Assembly (NCBI GenBank): GCA_013239625.1
Contig: MU054117.1
Coordinates: forward strand, 2,354,011-2,418,010
Origin: Lama guanicoe
Taxonomy: Eukaryota
Direction: 5' to 3'
DNA: 64,000 bases
Shown: positions 35,501-48,209 of the stretch, piece by piece
Position numbering within the stretch: the first letter of the stretch is position 1
How the letters are laid out: every line of letters begins with the position of its first letter
Notes under the pieces: generated by a model
What the model was told of the DNA's origin: nothing
The model's input: the letters and a program-made list of their open reading frames with translations, nothing else
Databases searched by the model: none
Made by a program: the position numbers and the translations under genes

Positions 35501-38500
35501 CACCCCTTTTCCTTTTTCTTCGCCTTTTACTTACAAGAGAGCTGCGCCCTGTGAAGCTGGCTCATTGCCCTTTGTTTTTTTCCTCAAGTCGAGTGGAGAA
35601 TCTACACTTAAAAGTGTAAATAGGGAGGCGCCAGGAGGAGTTAAAGTTAAAATTCAGGGTCTTGGTTGAATTCTGTGATGCTTACTCAGTCATGGGCATT
35701 CAGTAAATCCTAAGTGAATGAATTTAAGGTAGTGAATTTCATGGCTGCCAGATGTTTAATAGGAGTCATGATTTTTGGAAAGAAAAATGGAATTGACGTT
35801 GAAATTGACCAGGGGCGGAATGGTGTTTCATCTCTCAGACCTGTAGTTTAAAGGAATAATTTAAAAGTTTTTCTTTTTTTTTCTTCCCAAAGAAACCAGC
35901 TCTTTAATTTTAAAATTTACATCAAAGGGGAGTGTGTGAGTCACCAAATGTTTCTCCTGCCCTAGGTAATCCTAGTGCAGTAGAAACTGCACTGTGATGG
36001 AAGTCACCGGTTAACTCGTTTGCTGAGGAGTGGAATAAATGTCTTTTGCTTTTTTTTTTTTTTGCCATCACGTTGTGTGTGTGTTATGTTTTTGATGAAA
36101 TACATTCATAGACTTTTTGGTATTGATGCCTTTCATTGTGAAGGATAACATCTGACTTTGAAGCTTCCTGTGATTTTTTTCTTCTTCTTTGCATGATGTG
36201 ACTGTTCTGATTTATTTTCAACAAAGTAGAAATATTATCAACAAATAGACTTCGAATGTTTTCCTGTATCTGAAATATTTAGTGGAAATCGGAGATGGAA
36301 TTTGAAACAGCACTCTCAGGTCTGTGGCTGAGGTCGGCATTTATGTTGTAGAGTCCCCTGGAGATGACAGTGGTTGCCTGGGAACTTGAGCCTCTCTGGT
36401 CTTTTGTTTCTGCTAGAGGATTGAAGATGTGGTGAGAGAGACTTCTCCTTGTGGTGTGACCTTGGGACCCAGAGTTGACTAAGAAAGCCCTAGTCTGGTT
36501 TCTCCTGTGCCATGATTTCTCTGTAGAAACACAAACGGTCGTGGTGGCTGGGGGTCTTGGTGGCTGGAGGTTATGTCTTGGCCAACCTTGTTATCCTCTC
36601 TCATGTTCTCTTTTTCAAATGTTTCATCAGATGAACTAATTGTTGGCAAACAGGCTTATTAAAAATACTCAGGTTAACTAACACAAGCCTACAGTACGTT
36701 TGGCGATTATCAAAAGTTACAGTAGAAGCCTAGTAACGTTTAACATGCATACATTTCTCCAGATACAAAGGCTACATAGAGACCCAGGAAGGAAGGAATA
36801 ATCCCTGCAGTAAGTTTTCTGTCTTCCAAGATCGTTCTGTTCCAAGCAGACAGAGGCAGACGTTTTTTGGAAGTTTTTGTTTCTGCCTTCTCTTATGCTT
36901 TCCTATGGAAACTGTTGTTTTGTTTTCCCTGCGTTTGTGCCTGTTGAAAGAAAAAGTTAACATTTCTTCTCACCAAGAGGAGAGTATCCCTGAATTACTC
37001 AGAGGAAGCGTTGAAGCTGCCTTGCTTGTTCATGTTGGAGGACTGTAGGACTGGAAGGGGCCCTGGTAATTCCCTTAAGTGTCTTGTTCCAGAGCAGTGG
37101 AGCTGTTAGGGCTTCTTTCAAACTAAAATTTCCTAGTCTGCTTTTCTTTATTTCCTCTGAGGCAGCTCACTAGGAATACGCTGTCTGTACTACTAACTCT
37201 GTGCTGCCTCATCAGACAGTCTTACTGTTGGTAAGACTGTGACATTTTCCTGGCCTGCTTAAAGCTTGAATCCACTTAAGCCTGAGAAGAGACACTGTCC
37301 ACGTTGTGGTGGGTGTGCTGTCCCTGTTAACTCTCTTAGCAGTTGCTACGAGTTTGGACTGTCATCTGGGTCGCTTTGCCTTAGAGCTTCTGTTAAAACA
37401 GAAATGACTAGCGTTGTATCATAGCAGTCACCGAGACCCCCGGAAGACCACAGTTCTGAAAGGGACTATAGTAATGCTTTGTTTATCAGATGGCCCTTGT
37501 GTTTTAACACATGGCATTGCGGTGAGGGGGGAGCCCTGGAAGCTTCCACTGGGCTCCAGAGTTCTGGTCCCAGCCTTTTCACTGTCCGCGGTGTGATCTT
37601 GAGCTGCTATCTATGTCTTTGGCTTCAGTTTTCTCCTCTGAAATACTAGGGTTTCTTTGGATTCCCTCAGTGATTTGTACCGAATTAATGAAACAACATG
37701 TATTTTTAAACTGCATGTGGCTCAAATTTCAAAAGGTACAGAATGATATTCAGGGAAAAGTGTGTCATCTTTTCTCATTGTCTTCATGTCAGTTAGTTCA
37801 CTGGTAGGTTTCTTAAGGGGGCCTTGCAGAGATGCTCTGTGTATTACATAATCTCTTAATATTCCTTTCCCACTCTTAAAATGTGATGATTTTGAGTTTT
37901 AGAGTAGAAGACGATAATCCAGACTCTTTTCAGAAGCAAAGGAAATCTTCATTCTTTGATCAAAAAATGGAGAGGTGCAAGATCGTGCTCTAGAGCACAC
38001 GCTCTTAATCCAAACTCTTATATCTACTTTCATCATGGACAAGACAAGATGTATTTTCAGGATATGAACCTTGGTTACTTACAGTTCTAATTTTTTTCTG
38101 TGATAATTAATGTATGGAAAATAAGGCTTGTAAGAAGAAAACAAGAGTTATTTTTCAAATGAGCTTCCTGAAGAATAAATCATTGCTCTTTAGCTTTGCT
38201 GGAAGAAACTTCGATATATTTATAGTTTGCCTTTGATTTTAGGCTTTAGAATGAAGCAAGTTTAATAGAGGGTTGACTTGTTTTCCTATTGAAATAGAGT
38301 GTGATTTTGTTACGGCAATTTGATATGTCACGTAAGCCAGAGGCAAAGCAGAGAGAGGTGTTTTGACTGAGCAAAGTTGGCAAGCTGTGTTTTTAAAAAG
38401 CGAAGATCTGTCAGGATAAAATGATCAGTAACAGTAACTGACATTTGTGTATCCTTTGCAGTGTTCATAGAGCTTTCATGTACATGACCTCTTCTGAGCT

Positions 38501-40169
38501 TCACAACTCCAGAGAAAGCAGGGCTGGTGTCATTATCTTCGTTTTATAGAAGGGGAATTTAAGGCTCAGAAAGGGTGTGCTACAGCTAAGGTTGCATGAT
38601 GGGCAGATGATGTAGTCAAAGCTAAAATCTGGAAGTAAAACCAGGCTTTTGCCTTCTGGTCACCTCTCTTCTTCTCACTTATTATCAAAATATCTGTTGC
38701 AGATGCCCTGGGTGCCGTTTGTGCACATAAATGATGACAACTGACACTGCTTAAATTCTAATTATTTTTAGGGCAAGCAGGTGAAGAAATCAGCCATTTT
38801 AGCAGCGCAAATGTCATCCAATGGAAAGGGAGTGGAAATACTCAGTGTTGTTGGGCAAAAGAATATACTTTTATTCCTACACAAGAGAGAAATAAGTAAC
38901 ATTACTGGAGAGAAACTGTAACCCCTGAGGGAAGGAGACTCCAGCAAAAGGTGGAGTGAACTAAGATTCTGAGTAATGTCCTTTTTTAAAATCTGTAAAG
39001 AATAAAGGGTTTTTAAACTGGATCAAGTCAAGACAACTTAAATAACCTTTCTGTTTGGCTCACTTAAAAGAATGCTTTTTGCTTTTGAATGTGGAGCAGG
39101 CAAATGGAGAGCGCTCATCTAAAGCGGTTTCCTCGCTGCATTCTCGGGGGCCAAATGAGTCATCTGATCAGTTGCCAAGCTTTCCTTTCTCCTTGCCTCT
39201 CTCTGCCCAAGCAATTCTCACTTCTGTCTGATTGCCTCTACTGAATGGGCCTCTTCGGGAATGGATTTTTGTTCCTTAGCTTCAGTTAAGCTAGTTCCAG
39301 ACTGTGGTGGTTGTTCACATAGAAGGCGGTTGCGCCTAGAGTATTCACAGCCGTCCTCAGATGAGGAAGGGTAGGTGTCTACGGGGTCTCCTCTGGCAGT
39401 TCTAATTTGATCGTTATGTGTCTTTTCCCAGAAGCAGTGTTTCGTTCCAGCTGGATGTGCTCTTGGGTCTCAGTGCATGTGACAGTACGGCCTTCCAACA
39501 TTGACATTTGGGATTTGGGCAAGGTGAATCTATTTGTCAGTTGACTTAGAGGAAATTACTTTACTAATAGCTATCGACTCAGCTACCTGACACCATAATC
39601 AGTTCGGGCACAATGAAATCTGAGGACGCTTTTCCAGTCTTTATACTGTGATCAACTGCTCCCAAGGGTTTCTTCAAAATCCATTCACTGACTTGGAATT
39701 CTGCTACCTAAAAATACCAGTGAACTGGCATTTTGACCAAAAGATTCTTGGCAGACTTACTGAAGTACCATAGTAATGAAATTCCAGACTTTCTGCCGAC
39801 CACGTGAGTATGTGTGGTTAGTGGTGCCCTTCTGCACGCTGAGGGGGTGCAAGTGAGATTTGTGATGGAGTTCTCGGTCTTTCACTTGTCAGCTGTCTGA
39901 CCTGGAGCAGGCAGCTTCATCTGAGTCTGATACTCTGTAAAATGGGATTGTAGGTTTGTTGAGAGAATTAGATGAGGTGATAGGTAAGTATTCAATGTAC
40001 TTCCTGGCACATAGTAGTTATTTACTAAATGGAACTGTAGTGCACCTTAATACGTTTGACAACGTATTAAGGTTTCAATATCAATAAAAATTCAGATTTC
40101 TGAAGATTTATTTAATACAAGGATAATTTTAGAAATGTTTAGGTTTCCAGCATTAGAAAGGCTATGACG

Positions 40170-40793
40170 CTCAGCCATAAAAACCAACAACATAATGCCA
40201 TTTACAGCAACATGGATGCACCTGGAAAATGTCATTCTAAGTGAAGTAAGCCAGAAAGAGAAAGAAAAATACCATATGAGATCGCTCATATGTGGAATCT
40301 AAAAAACAAAAACAAACAAACAAAAACAAAGCATAAATACAGGACAGAAATAGACTCATGGACAGAGAATACAGACTTGTGGTTACCAGAGGGGTAGAGG
40401 GTGGGAAGGGATAGACTGGGATTTCAAAATTGTAGAATAGATAAACAAGATTACACTGTATAGCACAGGGAAATATACACAAAATGTTATGATAAATCAC
40501 AGAGAAAAAAATGTGACAATGAGTGTGTATATGTCCATGAATGACTGAAAAATTGTGCTGAACACTGGAATTTGACACAACACTGTAAAATGATTATAAA
40601 TCAATAAAAAATGTTAAAAAAAAAAGAAAGGAGAAAGATCATGAAATTACAGACAGCAAAATAATTCATCTACCTGAAGTAAAAATCATGAAGGTTGGGA
40701 AGGTGGATGGTAGTGGAGTGATAAGATTTGAAGCTAGAGAGACAACAGAAAGCCAGTTCATGTTGAGTTCATGTAGTTCATGGATTAAAAAAA
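40170..40793 (+). mobile_element. 5'-truncated young L1 (40170-40625) plus 3'-transduced sequence, bounded by a 15-bp TSD
   Basis: L1 3' UTR with AATAAA and A10 tail; AGAAAGGCTATGACG at 40155-40169 and 40794-40808. Confidence 0.85.
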
Positions 40794-41133
40794 AGAAAGG
40801 CTATGACGAAGTTTTTAAAAGGTGATAATATCATGGTGAAATTATTAAAGTCTTGTCAGTGAAGACAAGATCAAGGTAATAAATTTGTTTGTAGTATTTA
40901 AAAGGTTGTAATGTAGAGCAAAAAATCTTAAAGCAGTAGTTGCACGTGTTAAGTGCTGACTCGGCTAAATCTCACTTAATCCTCACAGTAACCGTGTGAT
41001 TTAATGCTCACTTTATGGATTAAATGTCATTATCCTCATGTCATAGCTGAGGTCAAGTTGTGTTTGGAGTCACTCTAACTGCACACCCGTGCTTCTCTAA
41101 GTGGGCAATTTGACCCTTTTGTTTGATCTTCAC

Positions 41134-41453
41134 CAGGGGTCAGCAAACCTTTTCTGTAGAAAGCGAAATGCTAAGTATTTTCTGTTTTGTGGGCCACATG
41201 GTCTCTGTCCCACCTGTGCAGCTTCCACGGGGATTACGTACATGAATGAGCAGTAAATGGGAGAGCATGTTGTTTCAATAAGGCTTTATTTATAGACACT
41301 GAAATTTGAATTTGAAACAACTTTGCGTATCATGAAATAATAATACTCTGATTTTTATAACCTTTTAAAAATAAACCATTCTCAGCTCACAAGCAACATA
41401 GAAATAGACAGTTGGCCAAATTTGACCGATAAGTTGTGGTTTGCAGATCCCTG
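41134..41453 (+). mobile_element. MER58B-like hAT-Charlie element
   Basis: Termini caggggtcagcaaac...tttgcagatccctg (inverted repeats); about 320 bp. Confidence 0.75.
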
Positions 41454-42149
41454 TGCTAAGTCACAAGATGAGAATATTTATCCTAGCCAATCATAATTAT
41501 TCACATTATGAATATTATTATAAGAGAGAAATGGGGTTGTTATGTTGGAATAGAGCCAGTTATGATAGTGTATAGAATGCAAAATTAATTTTCAGGATAA
41601 AACTTGAGATTCTTAAGATACAGTATTCCGTCAATGGTCTTTGGGCTATACCTCCTTCCTTTCCCCATGAAATCACTCTCTGGCTGTTAGAGGCACTTTG
41701 ATGGAACTAGTGCCTGCACAAATCCACATAAATGTCAGTGAGCCAATAATAGATAGTTAGAACTTAAAGGTTACTATATGTTCGTTAAGTTGGAGGGAAG
41801 TTGTGATTGGTGATCGGTCCTGTGAAATCACGCACGTGAGACCATGTGGGAGATGGGGAGTTCTCCCATTCCTCTGTCCTTGCCTCTGTGATTTTCAGCG
41901 GCTCTGGTAAGTACTGGTTACATTTACAAGTTTATAATTAGTAATACTCGTTTACTCTTGAAAATGTCTGGTTTGGAAAAGAAGTTTTTTGACAGCCTGC
42001 CTTTGAGGTAACTTGTTAACAGTGTGTGTACATCTGTCTGGAGTTCTGTGCCTGTAGACAGCACAGGCATCTTCCCCCTCCCACCACTTAGAAAAATACA
42101 TGTGATATTTATATACTGAAAAATACAACATATATCCTGAACCTTATTT

Positions 42150-43170
42150 AAATAACTATATTGAGATATAATTTACATACCAGAAAATATATCTGTTTCA
42201 AGTATGCAATTCAGTAGTTCTTAGCATACTTGCAGAGTTTTACAACTATCACTGAAATCTAATCTTAGAACATTCCCGTCACACCCCCACCCCAACTAAA
42301 GAAACCTGCCCATTTACAGTCATTCCTTGTCCCCCTCCCCTGCTCCCAGTCTGCTTTCTGCCTCTATAGACTTGCCTGTTCTGGACACTTCATGTAAGTG
42401 GAATTATATGATACATGGTATTTTGTGACTGACAGAATGTTTTTGAGGTTCGTTCATGTTGTATGTGGCACATATCAGTACTTCATTCCTTCTTACTGCT
42501 GGGTAGTCTCTTGTGTGGCTTTACCACATTTTGTTTATCCGTTCATTTATTGATGGACATTTAGGTTGTTTCCACTTTTTGGCTATTATGAACAATGCTG
42601 CTGTGAACGTTCATGTCAAGTCTGTGTGTGAACATATATTTTCACTTCTCTTTCATATACGTCCATGTGGAGTTGTTGGGTCATGTGGTAACTCCGTTTT
42701 ACAGCTTGAGGGAGGGCTGTCAGAGTGTTTTCCAGAATGGCTGCAACATTTTAGATTCCCACCAGCAATGTATGAGGGTTCCAGTTTCTCTACGTTCTCA
42801 CCAATACTTGTTACTGTCTTTAAATTTATTTTTTAATTTTATCATTATTTTTAATGGAGGGACTGGGGATGGAACACAGGACCTCGTGCCTGCTAAGCAC
42901 GTGCTTTACCGCTGAGGCCCACCCGTCGCCTGTCTCTCTGTAATTACCGCTGTCCTAGTGGGTGTGAAACAGCGTTCCACTGTGGTTTTGATTTGTGTGT
43001 GATTATGAATAATGTTAAGCATTTTTTGTTTATTGGTCACTCCTGTATCTTTAGAGAAACATCTGTTCATTAATTTTGCCCATTTTTAATTGGGCTATTT
43101 GTCTTTTTATTACTTAGTTGTAAGGTTACTCTGTTCTGGATGCAAGTCCCTTTCAGATGAATGATTTGCA
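42150..43170 (-). mobile_element. Old L1 (L1MB-like) 3' fragment with a Vic-1-like SINE inserted at about 42822-42925
   Basis: ttgagatataatttacatac...gatggacatttaggttgtttccactttttggctattatgaacaatgctgctgtgaac. Confidence 0.8.
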
Positions 43171-43539
43171 GTTCCTATCAATATGAAGTGTGGAAAAATG
43201 TCAGGATTATTTTGGAAAATCTGGGCTGTGGAGTCACTGTTTTTAGTGGAGCATGACTTGAATTAGTAGGCAGCGCGGTATTATTAAAAATGAGAGAACA
43301 GTTACACTGTAAAGAGCTGCTGGTTATGCCTGTAACTTTCCTCTCTCAGTGGTCACTTGGCTTTTATTTCATGTATTAATTTTTAATGTACAGATTTAAA
43401 ATTTTTTGTAGTAAGATTTGTTCCTCTTTTTCTTGATGATTTCTCGGCTTTGTGTCTTACACTGAAACATTTTTCCATAGTTCGTATTATAAAAATCTTA
43501 GCCTTTATTTTTTCAAACTTTTTATGTTTAGTTCTTTAA

Positions 43540-46070
43540 CATTGTGTTAAAATACACATAACATTAAACTTATCATCTTAATCATTTTTAAGTTTGCCAT
43601 TCAGTGGTTATTAAAGATTCATTGTTGTGCAGCCATCACCACCATCCATCCTTATAACTCTTTTTCATCCTGTAAAATTGAAATTCTGTTCTTACTAAAT
43701 AACTCTCATTCTCTCCTCCCTCCAGCCTCTGGCAACCATCATTATACTTTCTATGATTTTGACTATTCTAAGTACCTCATGTAAGTGGAATCATACAGTA
43801 TTTCTCTTTTTGTGACTGGCTTATTTCCCTTAGCATAATGTCCTCAAGTTTCATTGATGTTGTAGCATGATGCAGAATTTCCTTCCTTTTTAAGGCTGAA
43901 ACAATATTCCATTGTGTGTATACCACAGTTTGATTATCCATTACATTTGTTGGTGGACACCGGGGCTGCTTCCACTCTAACTGCTGTGCATGAGGCTGCT
44001 GTGAACGTGGGTGTATGCGAGTCTCTTCCAGAGCCTGCTCTCAGTTCTTTCGGGTGTACGCCAGGAGGTGGAGTTGCTGTGTCGTATGGTAATTCTGTTC
44101 TTAATTTTTTGAGAAATACTATTTTCCACAGCAGCTCTACCATTTTACATTCCCACAGATACATAAGGGTTTCTGTTTCTCTACGTCCTTGTCAATACTT
44201 GCTGTTTTCCAGTTTTGGGGTTTTTTTTTTTGGTAGTAGCCGTTCTAATGAGTGTAAGGAGGTATCTCATTGTAGTTGTGATTTGCGTTTCCCTGTTGGT
44301 TAGTGATGTTGAGCATCTTCTCATGTGCGTTTTGGCTATTCCTGTATCTTCTTTGGAGAAATGTTTGTTCAAGTCCTTTCTCATTTTTGAATTGGATTGC
44401 TTGTTTTTGCTTTTTGTCATTGAGTTGCAGATTGTTTGTTGTTTGTTGCAGAGTTCCCTGTATCTTCTGGATGTTAATCCCTTACCAGATACATGATTTG
44501 AAAATATTTTCTCCTGTTCTGTGGGTTGCATTTTACTCTGCAGTTTCTTTTGATGTACAAAATTTTTAAATTGAATCCATTTTGTCTATTTTTTTCTTTT
44601 GTTACCTGTGCCTCTGGTGTCACAGCCAAGAAATCATTGGTGAATCCAGTGTCATGAAGCTTTTGTCTTATGTTTTCTTCTAAGGGTTTTATTGTTTTGG
44701 GTCTTATTCTTAAGTCCTTGATCCATTTTGAGTTAATTTTTGTAGAGGCATACCTTGGAGATTGCAGGTTTGGTTCCAGACCACTGTAATAAAGCAAGTA
44801 TTTTAACGTGAGTCACATGAATTGTTGGTTTCTCAGTGCGTATGAAGGTTATGTTTATACTATACTGTAGTCTGTTTAGTGTGCGGTAGCATTGTGTTTA
44901 AAAAACAATGTATATACCTTAATTGAAAAGTACTTAATGCTAAAAAATGCTAACCATCATCTGACCTTGTCACAAACCTTCAATTTGTAAAAATCACCAT
45001 AAAACGAGGTATGCCTGTATGTGGTGTGGGGTGAGGGTCCGGCGTTATCCTTTGGCTTGTGGAGATCCAGTTTTCCCAGCACCATTTGTTGTAAAGACCA
45101 TCCTTTCCCTGAGTGGTCTTGGCACCCTTGTCAAAAATCACTTGTCCCTGTATGCAGGGGTTTATTCTGGACTCTTTGTTTTATGCCATTGGTCTGTATG
45201 TCTGTTTTTATGCCAGCATCACACTGTTTTGATTACTGTACCTTTGTAGTAATTTTTGAAATCAGAAAATGTGAGTCCTCCAGTTTTGTTGGTTTTCGGG
45301 ATTGTTTTGGTTCTTCAAGGTTCTTGGAGATTTCATGTGAATTTTATGATGGGTTTTTCTCTTTGCAAAAAAGCATCATTGAGAAATATGAAGTCTTCCA
45401 ATCTGTGACTGTGATGAGATGATTTCATTTATTTATGTCTTCTTTCATTTCTTTCAGCAGTCTTTTGTAGTTTTCTTTGTACAAGTCTTTCATCTCCTTG
45501 GATTAATTAGTTCCTAAGTATTTTATTCTTTTTGATGTTATTGTAAGTGGAGTCGTTCTTGTAATTCCTTTTCAGATTGTTCATTGTGTGTCGAAATGCA
45601 GCTGATTTTGTTGTTGTTGACGACTTTGTATCCTTCTGCACTGCTAAATTCTTTTATTAGGTCTAACAGCTTTTTTGTATGAGTCTTTAGGGTGTTCTAC
45701 ATACAAGTTGATATAATCTGCAAAGAGAGATAATTTTACTTCTTCCCTTCCAGCTTGGATGCATTTAGATATTTTTCTTGCTTAATTGCCGTGGCTGGAA
45801 CTTCCAGCACTGTGTGGAAAAGGAGTGGTGAAAGCGGACTTCCTTGTCTTGCTCCTGCTCTGAGAGGAAATGCTTTCTTTTTTCACCATTGAATATGGTG
45901 TTTGCTGTTGGTTTTCCATACTTGGCTTTTATTACATGGGGACAGTTTCCTTCTATTCCTCTGTTGTTGTGTGTTTTTATCAGGAAAGGGTATTGGATTT
46001 TGTCAGATGCTTTTTCTGCGTCAGTTGAGATGACCATGTTGGATTTTTCCTTCATTTTGTTGATGTATAC
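43540..46070 (-). mobile_element. L1 fragment (3' UTR into decayed ORF2)
   Basis: Reverse-strand ORF2 remnants (ISTDAEKASDKIQYPFLIKT, KINSKWIKDL, HFSKED...MRRCSTSL). Confidence 0.9.
44745..45017 (+). mobile_element. Tigger1-derived internally deleted element (273 bp) nested in L1
   Basis: Terminal inverted repeats gaggcataccttgg / cgaggtatgcctg flanked by TA duplications. Confidence 0.85.
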
Positions 46071-48209
46071 CTGTTACTTTGGGGAAGAAGGATGACACAA
46101 AGGGAAGGAACATGGACTATGGTGTGAGACATATTTGCACAAATTCACTTTTGTTTTTTCCAATTCCGATAACCTTAAGCTTGGCTCAGTGAGTTGCTTC
46201 CTCTCCTGGGCCACACTTTTTCAACAGTAAAATGAAGGGAACATCACCAACCTCCCAAGGTTCACATTAAGAGTAAATAAAATTTGTGTGTGTAAAACCT
46301 CAGCACTCTCCCCAGCGAATAATGGACCCTTTCTCTTTCTCTTCACCCCGTGGCACAGGGCTGTTACTGTTGTGTTTTGGTGGTGGTGGTTAGGCTTTTG
46401 TTTTACCTGGATGAGTGGTAGTCAAGAGTGGAACCAAGGAGTTTTCAGGAAAACAGGAGGAGAGCGTTTCAATAAGGAGCTAGTGATTATTCTTGTCACT
46501 TTCTCAGAAACGTCAAGCAGGCGCGAAGAATGAAAATAAGCAGTGGTTTTTGGTGATCAGAGGTCTTTATTGAGTATTTCATCGTGATAAGGTGGTAAAG
46601 CCAAATAGTGTTGAGAAGGGAGATGTAGTTGAAATGGTGCCGGTGAGCATTGATTATCCTTGACGTGTTCAGTGACGGTGGGAAGTGGAAGTCAGTTCGC
46701 AGCTTTATAAATAGAAAAGGTCTAGGAAGGTATGTTTTTTAGAATGATTGCGAGCTGAAGAAAGAAGCCGCTAGAGATGGAGAGGCTGAGGGTACAGGAG
46801 CAAGTTCATGACTGTCATGCTGAGGTCTGGGCAGGGGCTTACCAGCTGTTTGTGTACCTTCTTCTGTGGAATGATTGTTGAAATCTTTTGTCCAATTTTA
46901 AATTGGGTTGTATTCTTAGTAATAGGTAAGGAAGAGTCCTTTCAGTTAAGTTTTCCATTGGGATATGTATTTGCAAATATTTTTTCCTAGTCTGTGGCTT
47001 GCCTTTTAATTTTAATAACAGTGTCTTTTGCAGAACGAAAGCTTTTTGTTTCGAAGTCTGGTTTGTTGATTTTTATTGACTTTTTTAAGTATGTGAATTA
47101 GAAAGTCATAATCAAACCTACAGGTTTTCTTCTAGAAGGTGGCAGTTAAATCTCAAGCATGAATAACTGACTAGATTGACAAATAAAAGATTCCATTATT
47201 TTTATAGCTGTTGTCTTGAGGTAAACCTTCTTTTTTCCTTCATCTTTCCTGTAATAACATCTTTCCAGTAATTCTTTGTTACATATAGTGCATTTATTTC
47301 TGATAGGGTGAGTTGAACCAAACTTTTATAAATTGTATTTATTATAACTTCAAGGAGGCAGCTAATTACTAAAGCTGTACAATTATGAGGTCCTCTAACT
47401 AAAATGAGTGAGTCGCCTTCTAAGTTGTCCTCTTCATCAATCCACATTGACATTTATTGAATTCATTTCATAAAATAGGGTAAGCCTTTCCTTCTCCTTT
47501 GTTTCTTAACTATAACTGATTTCTGAGACTGAAAAGTCCCATTTGTCATGTTGTGAAGCAGTATTATAGTCAGAAAAGGAAGCGTTTCCTCAGATTACTA
47601 TTAGGAGAGCCACGGGCTGCTCACAGCCTGCATTTTTCAAGTCCTGTCCTGCTACTTCTCTCGTGAGGCTGGCGTTTGCTCCCTCTGGTTCCATAGAAGG
47701 AGCCTGCGTAGCCTCCTGCATCTCCGGCGGAACTGCAGCCCAGTGCTGATGGCAGCACCCTCGCCGTCTGGCCCCGAGCAGGGTGCAGCGGAGAGCATCC
47801 CTGACTGCACAGCAGCAGTGGATTCTGTGTTACGGCAGCTAGAAAAATACATCCTTTTTTTTTTTTTTGAAGGCTGATAGAACTTGACAGGACTGTTGGA
47901 AATGTAGAATAATCATGGAATCTAGCAGGTCATTGATACATTATTAAATGTATCAACTTAAATTATTTGGCAGCGTGGTCTGTTAGGTACAGCTCCAGGC
48001 CAGCAGTCAGGTGAGTAATGCTTTAAAGTGGGCCCTACATTTCTCAGGTATTTGATCTTGGGCAAATTTTATTGTTTCATATCATTGCCATTCCTTAGAA
48101 ATGCTGTGTGTGTAATTTAGGTGCTAGAATAAAGGGCATGTAGATTTTTAAGAATACTCAGTCCGTGACTGTGAAATAGATATTTAGCAAAATGTCTGCT
48201 TTCTTTTCT

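Noticed and set aside
34703..35554. Multiple 130-270-aa ORFs on both strands
   Set aside because: Stop-poor CpG island at the TULP3 promoter; only the 41-nt exon 1 is supported
39432..39523. Possible 92-nt cassette exon in TULP3 intron 1
   Set aside because: Only generic AG/GT matches, frame-disrupting, and no other support
43914..46095. ORFs with reverse-transcriptase-like fragments
   Set aside because: Decayed, frameshifted L1 ORF2; not a functional gene or novel retroelement
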